64,000 bases of DNA, from NCBI GenBank assembly GCA_030704615.1, contig CM060731.1, positions 83,390,001 to 83,454,000 of the forward strand. The letters run 5' to 3'. Shown in pieces: positions 36,768 to 47,972 of the stretch (position 1 is the stretch's first letter; the number at the start of each line of letters is the position of its first letter). This stretch comes from Takakia lepidozioides (lineage: Eukaryota > Plantae > Bryophyta). Position numbers and translations under genes: made by a program. A model generated the notes under the pieces. The model was not told the DNA's origin. It saw only the letters and a list, made by a program, of their open reading frames with translations, and made no database searches.

Positions 36768-39700
36768 TTGTGGGAAGAAGAAAAAAAGCCCGAGGAAGAG
36801 TTTGTGGACACGGAGGAAGGATCTCCAGACTCTGACAGCTCTAAATCTGATAAAGATGAGGAGATGGGAGGATATGAGGAGAACGAAAAGGTAGATAGAG
36901 CCCTGAAGAATGTAGAGGAGATAATAGATAATGTCAACCTAGGGGAGGATTTGTTCGAAGACCAAGGGATGTCTGACCTCCTTCAGGAAGAGACCCATCG
37001 TAGCATGGCTGCCTCTATCATACATGAAGCTTACCAGAAAGCTTGGAATGGTGAACTAGGGAACAACAACGTGGAAATAGAGGATGATTTCCATGATTGG
37101 AATCAGGTTGTGACTCAGGAAGAAAGGCAGAGGGTAGCTAACTCTGTACACCAGGTGGAGGGAAAGAGTTGGGAACCCAGCCATGAAGAAGAAATGGAGA
37201 GTCGTTGGAGAAGTCTGAAATCCAGACTTCACATCAATCCAGAGCTAGCCCTAGAACATAGGATAGAACTGGAGCAAGAGCTGAGAGAAAATCAGGAATG
37301 TTTTGCTCTTAGCAAAGCTGACTTGGGTTATTGCAGTGAGGTGGAACATACAATTGATATACAAGGTTTTCCCCCTTACAGAAGTTGTCCCAGCCGCCTA
37401 TCAGAGTGGGAGGAAAATGAGGTACAAAGACAGATTGAGACTTTGATCTCACAAGGTAAGATGCAGGAAAGTAGTTCAGAATGGTCATGTCCAGTCACCC
37501 TTCCACCAAAAAAGGATGGATCCAAGCGTTTTTGTGGTGATTTCAGGCCGGTGAACCGCTTGACTAGGAGGGACTCTTACCCTATGCCATTAATTCATGA
37601 TGTTTTGAACCAGTTGGGGAAAGCCAAGTGGTTCTCTGCTCTGGATTTACAATCTGGTTTTTGGCAGATTAAGATGGATGACCGAGATATAAGCAAAACA
37701 GTAGTAATCACCAAGAAGGGATTGTATGAATGGCTGGTCATGCCATTTGGGCTAAAAAATGCCACTGCTACTTTCCAAAGAACAATGAATAGGGTGCTTA
37801 AGGAAGAAATTAAAGATTGCGCCAAGGTCTTTGTAGATGATGTCAATATCCATAGCAAGGACAAGGCAGATCACGTGGGGCACATAAAGAGAGTACTGAT
37901 GAAGGTTAGAAGGGCCAATCTTAGGCTCAATCCGGACAAGTGTTATTTTGCCAATTTGCAGTTGGTATTCCTTGGGCATGTGATCTCTGAAGAAGGAACC
38001 TGGCCTGATCCAGATAAGATAGCTGCAATTGAAAGGTTTCCCTTGCCCAAAGACCACACTGCTCTCAAAAGTTATTTGGGGATGACAGGGTATTATAGGC
38101 CATATGTCAAGGGGTATGCTGGAGTGGCAGTACCTTTGTTCACTCTAACCAAGAAGGATGTGAAGTTTATCTGGAGTGCAGAGGCACAAAACGCCTTTTC
38201 TGCCCTACAAGTGAAGCTGGTGACTGCTCCCATTCTGGCCAGGCCAGATTTTTCAAGGCCTTTCGTCCTGGATGTTGACTGGTCCATCAAAGGAGTGGGG
38301 GCAGTCTTGTCACAAAGGGAGTATAAAAAGGAGAGGGTCATTGCATACGCTAGTAAGGTACTATCTGATTCAGCGAAAATATCACCCTATGGAAGGTGAA
38401 TGCTATGCCTTGGTGTGGGGAGTATTACACTTTAGGCAGTACCTGTATGGAACCCCTTTTGTAATCAGGACTGATCACAAACCACTGGAGTGGTTGGCAA
38501 TGGTAAGTGACGCATATGGACGCAGGGGTAGATGGATCATGATGTTACAAGATTTTGAGTTTAAAATTGTTCATAGGGCGGGTGCTAGGCATGCTAACGT
38601 AGATGCGCTAAGCAGGTATCCAGTGGGAGCAGCTGAGGAAACCGAGGAAATCGAGGTATACTCTACTTCTCTATACAGTCAGAAAAGGGAAGGGAGAAAG
38701 AGGGATGGAGCCTATCTTCTTAGACTAGAGTGGGATAGGGGTGCCATCAATGCTTCTCTATTTCAATTTAAAGAGGGTAAGAAGGAGTTGAGAGAAGAAG
38801 CTCATAGGCAAGTAGGGTATAGCAGTGAAAAGGGGGAGATGATTTGCAAGAGAGAGGAGTACTATGCATGTGTATGGGGTCTTTGGTATTTCAAGAAGAC
38901 ACTGTTGGGATGTCATTTTTCTTTAGAAACAGATCTGGATCCATATTGGTGGCTATACTCAGAACACCACATAGGCATAGACTTGCTTGGTGACTTTTCA
39001 TTTGAGTTCGTTCCTGGAATAGATAGATCTTCCACAGGTGGGATGTTGACCAAGGCTCATGGTATATTGAAAGGAGAACTAAAACCAGGTGTAATGCCAG
39101 ATAGGGAAGGAAAGAAGGTGACTTTTGCTGCACGGACTTTTGCCACCAAGACCCAAGGAGAGGGCATTGATCAATCAACCCCTGTCAATCTGGTAAGGGA
39201 AGGTATTTGGAAAGATGTGGGTGCAGGAAGGAAGGAGGTTCCTGCAATCAGCAACAAAGAAGGGGCAGATCTGATGTCCTCTTGTCCCACCATCCATGTG
39301 ATTACCCGAGGATCTCATGCTCGTGATCAGGAGCTAAGCAAGGTACAGCCAGCCTGTGAACTTGTGGAAGAACGATCAAACAATGAAAAGGGAAGCTCAC
39401 TAGAAACACCATTCCTTCAACACTCTATATACACAGAGACAACAGGAAGAATTCGGGTGACCTCCTCATCAGAATGCCCAGCTGAAGGACACATGGGGGG
39501 TGAGTGTTCCACCAAGACATTTTATTCTTCAGACAGTAATGGATCACGTTGTTCAGGGCAAGAAACTTCTTCTTGCAACAAGGATGTTAAAGGGGACTGG
39601 GTGCCATGGAGCACACCCACCAAAGCTACTCAGATGTCATTATTACGTGCAGCTGAAAGATGGGGGGAAGACTCTCTCATCAGCTCTGACAATCATACAT

Positions 39701-40767
39701 CAGCTGTTAAGGAGGAAATGCAACCTGATGTACTTGATGATGTGGAAGTTATGCATCTCTTGTGTTTTGGAGAAGTCAATGACTATTTGACAAAGGAAGA
39801 AAGCAAGAGAGCCAGCAGGCGGGCAAGGCAGTACTCCTATCTCAAAGGGGAAGTCTACTTTGAGGGAAGGGTAGTTCCACCAAGAACGGACAGAGAGGCA
39901 ATAATCAATGAAGTGCATAAGGCCACTGGCCATTTTGGAATCCGGAGAACACAAGAAGAGATATGTCGACGGTATTTCTGGCATGACAGAACGAAACTCA
40001 TCAGGCAAGTACTCAAGGGCTGTGGAGAATGTCAGATGACCAAACAGAACGGAGTGTTACGCTCAGGTAACTCAAAACTTCACAGCATTCCAGTTGTGGA
40101 TTTGTTTTTCAGAGTTGCAATTGACACAGCAGGGCCATTACCCATAACCAGCAGGGGCAATCAGTACTTTCTGGTAGCAATAGATCACTTCTCAAAATGG
40201 ATAGAGGCTGCACCAGTGGCAGATCATACAACAGCACTTACTGCCCGCTTTCTAGTGGAAGAAGTCATTAACAGGTATAGCTGCCCCCACACATTGCTCA
40301 CTGACAATGGCACGGAGTGGGGAGGTGAGTTTGAAGATGCATGCCGCGAATATGGTATAAAAAGAGAGCATAGCGCTCCCTACTGGCCTCAGTGTAACGG
40401 AATGGTGGAAAGGGTGATTAAGTCCCTCAAGCAGAGCATCACCACCTTGGGAGTTGGAAACGACACTGAGTGGGATCAGAACCTATACAAAGCCTTGTTT
40501 GGTTACAGAATGGGTGTTCATGCTTCAACAGGATTCTCACCTTTTCAAGTGCTGACTGGTAGGATTCCAAGACTTGGGATCGATAACAGGTTGCACTTTC
40601 TTACAGCAGCAGTAAATTTTGAGGGATCTGTTGCAGAGGTCACACTGATGATGCAGCAGAAAATCCAGCTCCTATCAGAGATAAAGGCTAAGCTGCGGAA
40701 AAATGTGAAGAAAGGGCAGCGTCAGCAGGCAAGGGATTATGAAAGGAGACATCAAGCAGGGCGCAGC
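36768..40767 (+). pseudogene. pol: Gypsy-X pol (RT-RNase H-integrase)
   Basis: LDLQSGFWQI, MPFGLKNATATFQR and FVDDV; RH LDVDWS..GAVLSQ; integrase H..GHFG..CGECQ, IDTAGPLP, LTDNGTEW, NGMVER. Frameshift near 38370. Confidence 0.92.
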
Positions 40768-41187
40768 GAGGTTTACTATTTCATGAGCAGAAACCATGAG
40801 CCATGAGCCATGAGCCGCATGAGCCGCATGAGCGGTGAGCCGAAGTCTAAGATACGCGGATTTCATGAGCGGACTCCTCCAAATTTGGAAATGCGGCAGA
40901 TTAAACAAGTATTAAAATAATAGTTTTTTATTTGACCTTGCCGTTTTTGGACGTTCCAGATCATGTAATGTGGCGAAGATATGTCGTCAGTAACAAGTCC
41001 GCTCATGGTTTTTTAGATCCGCTCATGGAAATAAGTGACCGTGCAACGGGAAATCCAGTATACCACTGCAAAAGGACGTCGCATACTGGCCTGTATAGAG
41101 TATTCCGCGGTTTTACATGCCTTAACATTGGAATGAAGCTGACCCTTTTGCCGCGATTGAACCAATGGAGTCTGCACCAATACAGTC
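40768..41187. mobile_element. MULE-A second terminus
   Basis: GAGGTTTACTATTTCATGAGC followed by CATGAGC repeats; 9-bp TSD shared with the 18393 end; interrupted by element B. Confidence 0.85.
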
Positions 41188-41429
41188 GAGGTTTGCTATT
41201 TCATGAGCATGAGCGGCATGAGCGGCATGAGCAGAGTAGTAACACAATCGGTTTTCATGAGCAGAAGTACAAATTTCGAAAATAAAAAACAATAAAAAAC
41301 AATAATTTAATGCAATGTGTCAGGAAAAACAAATATATTATTCGGCCCCTTGAAGGAAAAATTGCACTTTTGACAGTTGTGCTCATGAAATTTCGTCTTC
41401 CGCTCATGCCAATTCCCAGCGACATGTGC

Positions 41430-41790
41430 AAATATGGCGCCGAATTTCGCGGTAATAGGGTCCGTAACCTGAAAAAACGGCGACGTATTTCGCGGCAATA
41501 GGTCTCTCTGGCGAAAAATGGTGCCGAATTCCACGGCTATAGGTCCCCTCATGACAGGTAATTCGGCGCCATTTTTCCAGTGCATGTTCGGACTTAGCCA
41601 GTTTTCGGCCCAAAAAAGAGAAATTCGGCGCCATTTTTCCAGACACGGTACCAGTGCATGTTGGGACTTAGCCAGTTTTCGGCCCCAAAAAGAGAAATTC
41701 GGCGCCATTTTCCCAAACACAGGTACCAGTGCATGTTGGGACTTAGCGAGTTTTCGGCCCCAAAAAGAGAAATTCGGCGCCATTTTTCCA
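41430..41790. repeat. B-type subterminal palindrome array
   Basis: AATTCGGCGCC-like sites at ~41436, 41479, 41521, 41565, 41627, 41701 and 41776. Confidence 0.85.
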
Positions 41791-41947
41791 GAAATGGCCC
41801 CACAACTGCTTCTGTTGGATCTCAGTTTGAATGGAATATTGCCTCATTCCAGGAGTTTTGGGGTGCATTTCATTACACTGCAAAAAAAAAGTCTGATACA
41901 GCAAAATGCATTTGAAAATATCCATATGGAGGATTCCGTTTGCCCCA

Positions 41948-44900
41948 TCAATGATTTCTGGAATCCCTAAGGAGGAGTTTGTGCAGCTCATTCACGCTCA
42001 ACGCCGGTGCATGAATAAAGTCATCAATAGTCACGTTCATCCTCAACCTCTTCAGGTAAATGTAATACAGATGCTTGCACGGATAATACTTCGAACCCTT
42101 CTTTGCTTCCATCAACGAGAAGTCCGTACAGTTGCAAGTCGGCTCCACTCCAATCGTAATTGTGTATACATCGTCGCGTACAGCCGAGCCGGCCGTTGCC
42201 ATCCGATACACACGCCCAAGGCCGGGTGGGGGTACGTCCACGGAGCTCTGAATAGTGCAAGCCATCCCAAGAGCATTGGCAATCCGAGTCTCATTCAACT
42301 TGTTGGGAGGGTGTCGTCTCTTCACTCTTCCGAATCGCATTGTGGGATGTGCAGAATTGTCCAATCCGTCTGTACTGGACCGAGCAGTCTGCAATGGCTG
42401 GGTCTGAGGAACCGGAAATGCGTGGGCCGGGATGTCTGTGCGTTGCACCATTCGAAATCCTGCTGCAGATAGAGCATCCGCCTCATTCTGAGAGAGGCTG
42501 CAACCCGGTGCAACAGGCCAGACGCCCGGAGGCTCCGGCATTCCCTGAATCCCGTACTTGGGCTTGCCAAATACACAGGTCATTATGTCGTGCCTACAGA
42601 ACCAAAATGTCTGCGTTGTGGCGTGAGCAAATGTGGGAGTCAAAAATCTGCCGCTGAAACAAGGTGCAGGTACAGCACCGTGTGGGTTCCTCCGAATCAT
42701 CTCACCACAGCGTGCTCTCGTATCCACCCGGATGGCGCAACACTTCCCTCGAAATGCCGGCAATGTCCTCGCAATTCTCCACTGTGACTCCGACACTCTT
42801 GTCTCCACAATGGGAATGTTGTATTGCTTTACTACAGATGGCTCGTTATGTTGCCGGGGCACGCGCCCTGTGCTCAAAGGAGATGGCGATCTTGAACGTG
42901 CAGGACGTGCTCGACGAGACCTCCTCGGACAACATCACCGGACCACGAGGGAGCGTGCGAATATTCTTGTCAGCTCGCCATGAATCCTCTTCTCCGCCAG
43001 GTGCCTCGTCAAGTCTTCGTCTCACTGGACGGGTATGAACATCTCCTTCCAAATGTTGGCCTCTTCGCAGCAATGGCGTGTCCCGAAGGCCCTCTCGCAA
43101 GGCCGCCGCCCACTTCCGAGGATTCTTCGATCTGGAGGCAGTCCGCATCAGCATTTCCTGCCTGTCCGGCCCCAAGCCCCACTGTTTCCCTTTCAAGAAC
43201 TCGTTGTACCTGCATTGCTGCATAATTGACCTCACAATGTCCTCCGTTGTGGCAGTGAGGATGTCCACCAGATGCGCCGCAGAGGAGGCACGCCAGGAAG
43301 AGTGCACTGATTCGGCCATGTTTGTCGTGGGCATGTCGGTGTCGGAGTCGAGACACATTTCCTGCACAAGCACATGTTGAGGTTACAAGCAAGTTACAAA
43401 TATGGCCAAGAATAATATCCAACGGGACGCGAATTCGTGCAACTCACCTCCCGCATATAGTCGCCGAACTGGAGGAAACGATAATGCCACCATGCTAGCC
43501 AACTGACCATTGCTCCTTCGTCTGATTTCCTTACAGCACCTGACGATGTCCACCAAGCCCGTATGCATGCAAACTGTGTCTCTGCATCATCCAAGGTGGG
43601 AGCGCGCTTCCACGCAAGGCACATGGAACGGTGCTCCTCTCTGAAATCTGGCGCCACGAGCCTGGTTGTGTACTGCGAAAGGCTCTGCAGAAAATGGAAC
43701 CCACAAGATCTCTCCTTGCCCAATTTGCTTGTGCGTTGTCCGCCATGAAACCACGGAAATTGGGAGGGGGCAATCCCGCCTTGGCCATCTGTTCGTTTAT
43801 TCCCTGCCAAAGAAGCATCTCCGATTGTGTGTCCTCTCCTTTCATCTCACAAATAGCAATTGTCATTAGCATCCTGCAGTGGGTGTCGTAGACATGTGCA
43901 CCCATTGTCACCCACTGGTGATTTGTAATTCGCTTGATATGGTCGAACATGACCCAACTGTTTGACAAGTTCCCACTCGTCATCCTGTCGACCAGTTCGA
44001 CGCCACTGCTAGGTCCACACGTGGACATTTTGAATACGAAACAACGATCTGCCTCAGTCCCTTGTCCTGGAAACCTACTTCCATGAATGTAGTCATATCC
44101 ACATCGTCGCTTCACCTCCAGAATGGAGTGCATATCCGAGCCACGCCCAATTTTCTGTTTGCATGAGACAATGTGGTTTCGGACATTCGGTGAACATACG
44201 TGGGACACCGACTCCAGCAATGCCTCCATTTCCTTCTCGTCGAGAGGAACTCTATCGGAGCCGTCTTCCGACATAATTCTGGCCAATGCCATCTTATGGG
44301 CGGCTTGGAGCTGTATCTGTTTGGGTTTGGCACCCGGTCTCAACTTAACCTCCTCCTGAACGAGCTGCTCTGCTTCGTGGGCAGCCTCCCGCGAGTTCCC
44401 CCTCGCCAATTTGTGACAATGGGAACCAACGTGTATGCAAGCTGGTGTGAGGTCAGGGAAACGGTGCAACACATAGAATTGCTTGGCATTACAAACAGAC
44501 ATGCAGTGTGGTGGTTCTTTGCAATGCGCACACTTAAATGTGGAGTTCGGAACCTTCTCCTGAGCTCGAAATGGTTGGTGAGCTGTGCCTGTCCAATCGG
44601 TCTCGTTCCTGTGACCTCTGGATTTAAAGTGGAAGCAAGTTGGGGAGAAACACCGCAACGCGCCCGCACAAACAACGTAGCGCACCCGCACACCATCAAG
44701 CATCTTCATGCTGGTGGTTTTGGTAACGCACCAAGGATGACCGTCATGTTTTCTATCCATATCTGTCAACATTCCGGACGCCCTCGAGTAGTCCGCCCGA
44801 GGAGGGAACTCAAAGAAGATATTACCGTCGACGTCGGCGGGAAGGCATGTAACCGATTTAATTGCGAACTTGCTGTAGTCCAGCCCGGCCAGCTCCGACC

Positions 44901-45486
44901 GGTGTCCCTCCAGGTGAAGCCCTCGCAAAATTTCTAGAATAGATCGAACTGCGGTGCTCGTGCTGGGAATATGACTCCCTCCTCCACTGACGTCCATTGA
45001 GGACTTGCCTGATCTCCAGGACGACCTCGGAACTTCCATGACCTCGTCTGAGTCGGACAGGTTGTGAACAACCCGGTTCTCGGTCGTCTTCATGGATGGG
45101 TTCGGCTCTGGATTTACTTCGTTGCGGACTTCTCTCTTTGAGGTACCCACTCTCTGATTCGCGGATTGTTTCGTGGAAGACGCCAGGATAGACGGTGCAT
45201 TTGGCGGGCAAATGAAGTCCCCAACAGCCCTGTATATGACGCTGTCCGATGGTGGAACTCGCCATTCCCTGCCATCGCCGAAATCATCGTGGAGCACAAC
45301 AATACTCTCGACAACAAGGCCGTTTGAGTCCTTCCTTTCCTCCTCCAAAAAAACCGACCCCGGTTTCAGGTGGTATCGAACGCACAGATATTTCTCCATC
45401 ACCCGGCAGGTGTCCCCTCTGCACGGAAATGAAGCTCTATGCTCGTGAGGAGGGCAGTACACTGTAGCGCTCGGGTTTTCCGCCAT
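41948..45486 (-). pseudogene. MULE-B transposase: GCM-like domain, DDE, Cys-rich region, SWIM
   Basis: Colinear with the A transposase: VMFD/FMAD/CGFH/TNMAES, and SWIM PTCNCTDF..YYPCKHLYYIYL. Intron 43362-43447. A ~50-bp frameshifting deletion near 43720 and a further break near 42900. Confidence 0.88.
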
Positions 45487-45787
45487 GGGAGATGTGCACA
45501 CAAGACCGCCAGGATGGCGTGCGGGGAAGCTCCCTGGTAGAAGGGGGTGCAGCGATGGGAATGAATGCGATGCCGATTTGTCCGAGCGACGAAGCCTGAT
45601 CCAAATCCAGGGAGCCAACTATCTCAAAAATCCACAGTCAGAGTGTTAATGAACCTTGTCTCCGGAATGCGGCCCCTGGTCTTTGCGCAATAACTGCCAA
45701 CGGTATGCAGTCAGAAAGTGGGGGGCCGTCCGGATGATGACGGCTGAAGGGGAGAAGCCGGCACCGTGCCCTCACATTACTACCCCC

Positions 45788-47720
45788 GAATGGAAATTCG
45801 GCACCCAATATCCAACAGAGGAAGCCCGGATGAAGTCGCCTCGGGCGCAGAGGCCGGAGTGTGTGCGACAGAGAACATCCCCTGGATGGAGATTCGGCGC
45901 CGAATTTCCATCCGGGCCCCCCAAAGGGAGTCGTGTCGGGGGGTCAGGCCGAAAACTGGACGGCATAAAAACATCCCCAGATGGAAAAACGGCGCCGAAT
46001 TTCCATCCGGGGCAGTTCGGATGCAGTCGGGGAGGGGGGAGTGGCCTGCAGTTGGCCGTCACATTTCAACCCCCGGACGGAAATTCGGCACCGAATATCG
46101 AACATGGGACGCCCGGATGAAGTCGCCTCGGGCGCAGAGGCTGGCGAGTGTGCGACAGAGAACATCCCATGGACGGAGATTCGGCGCCGAATTTCCATCC
46201 GGGCCCCCCCCAAAGGAAGTCTTGTCGGGGGGTCAGACCGAAAACTGGCCGACATAAAAACTTCCACAGATGGGAAAACGGCGCCGAATTTGCATCCTGC
46301 AGGTAAGTGGAATCCCGGATGGATGGAAATTCGGCGCCGAATTTCCATCCAGCAGGTAGGTGGAATCCCGGATGGATGGAGATTCGGCGCCGAATTTCCA
46401 TCCAGCAGGTAAGTGGAATCCCGGATGGATGGAGATTCGGCGCTGAATTTCCGTCCAGCAGATAAGTGGAATCTCGGGTGGATGGAGATTCGGCGCCGAA
46501 TTTCCATCCTGCAGGTAATTCGAAAACCGGATGAATGGAAATTCGGCGCCGAATTTCCATCAAGCACGTAAGCCGAATCCCGCATAAATGGAAATTCGGC
46601 GCCGAATTTCCATCCAGCAGGTAAGTCGGATGGGTGCCGTATGGATATTCGGCGCCGAATTTCCATTCGACATGTATTTCTGAGCGTGGAATTACCTTCG
46701 TGCAGGTAATTCCCAGATGAGAATTACCTTTGTGCAGGTAATTTCCAGATGAGAATTACCTTCGTGCAGGTAATTTCCAGATGAGAATTACCTTCCTCCA
46801 GGTAATTCCAATCGATGTGAATTCTTCGTCCACAATTACCTGCACGAAGGTAATTCTCATCTGGAAATTACCTGCACGAAGGTAATTCTCATCTGGAAAT
46901 TACCTGCACAAAGGTAATTCTCATCTGGGAATTACCTGCACGAAGGTAATTCCACGCTCAGAAATACATGGCGAATGGAAATTCGGCGCCGAATATCCAT
47001 TTGGCACCGATTCGAATTACCTGCAGGATGGAAATTCGGCGCCGAATTTCCATTTATGCGGGATTCGACTTACCTGCTGGATGGAAATTCGGCGCCGAAT
47101 TTCCATTCATCCGGTATTGGAATTACCTGCTGGATGGAAATTCGGCGCCGAATTTCCATTTATGCGGGATTCGAGTTACCTGCTGGATGGAAATTCGGCG
47201 CCGAATTTCCATTTATCCGGGATCCGAATTACCTGCAGGAGGGAAATTCGGCGCCGAATTACCTGCTTGAGGGAAATTTGGCGCACCGCCCTACCTCCGC
47301 GGATGGAAATTCGGCGCCGGATTTCCATCCGCGCGCTTCCGAATTACCTGCATGAGGTAAATTTCCACCGCCGCCCTACCTCCGCGGATGGAAATTCGGC
47401 GCCGGATTTCCATCCGCGCGCTTCCGAATTACCTGCATGAGGGAAATTTCCACCGCCGCCCTACCTCCGCGGATGGAAATTCGGCGCCGGATTTCCATCC
47501 GCGCGCTTCCGAATTACCTGCATGAGGGAAATTTCCACCGCCGCCCTACCTCCGCGGATGGAAATTCGGCGCCGGATTTCCATCCGCGCGCTTCCGAATT
47601 ACCTGCATGAGGGAAATTTCCACCGCCGCCCTTCCTCCGCGGATGGAAATTCGGCGCCGGATTTCCATCCTGCTGCGCTCCGAATTACCTGCAGGATGGA
47701 AATCCGGCGCCGGAATTCTA
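45788..47720. repeat. B-type central palindrome arrays with a long inverted repeat centred at ~46820
   Basis: GGATGGAAATTCGGCGCCGAATTTCCATCC units at 53-bp then 85-bp period; 32-bp AATTACCT-N6-AGGTAATT units; arms ~46480-46807 and ~46834-47160 are reverse complements. Confidence 0.95.
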
Positions 47721-47972
47721 TCGTGCAGCGCTCCGAATTACCTCTATGTTGGAAATTCCGGGACTGTTTACGTCGATTTTCATCCGACATGGAGGGCTTC
47801 ATCCGACATTTAATTGCGCAGTTGGGCAATAAATGTCGACGGCCGTCGGTTATTATTTGGGCTGGCGACGCATGGCTTCCTGGACACGTACCCTAAATCT
47901 CATTCTAAACTTGGCTTAACATGGTATTCCAGGCATGTACCCCAAAAAAGGAGATCTTTTTGGCTGGGACTT

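Larger units (their letters stand above)
32219..40767 (+). mobile_element. Gypsy-X: 5' LTR and internal region (3' end at 3590-18392, minus strand)
   Basis: LTR 32219-34468, PBS, and gag-PR-RT-RH-INT; the integrase is cut by the MULE TIR at 40768. Confidence 0.92.

Noticed and set aside
41948-45486. Zisupton/KDZ assignment suggested by SWIM and an 8-bp TSD
   Set aside because: The D..D..CxxH..TNxAES layout followed by a C-terminal SWIM, and a 9-bp TSD for the sister element, fit Mutator better; not tested by HMM.
45656-47896. Many ORFs with MEIRRRIS / GNSAPNF / WKFGAEF repeats (and MRRRIS / KCGAAF in the A arrays)
   Set aside because: These are translations of palindromic DNA, open on both strands and in several frames; not credible proteins.
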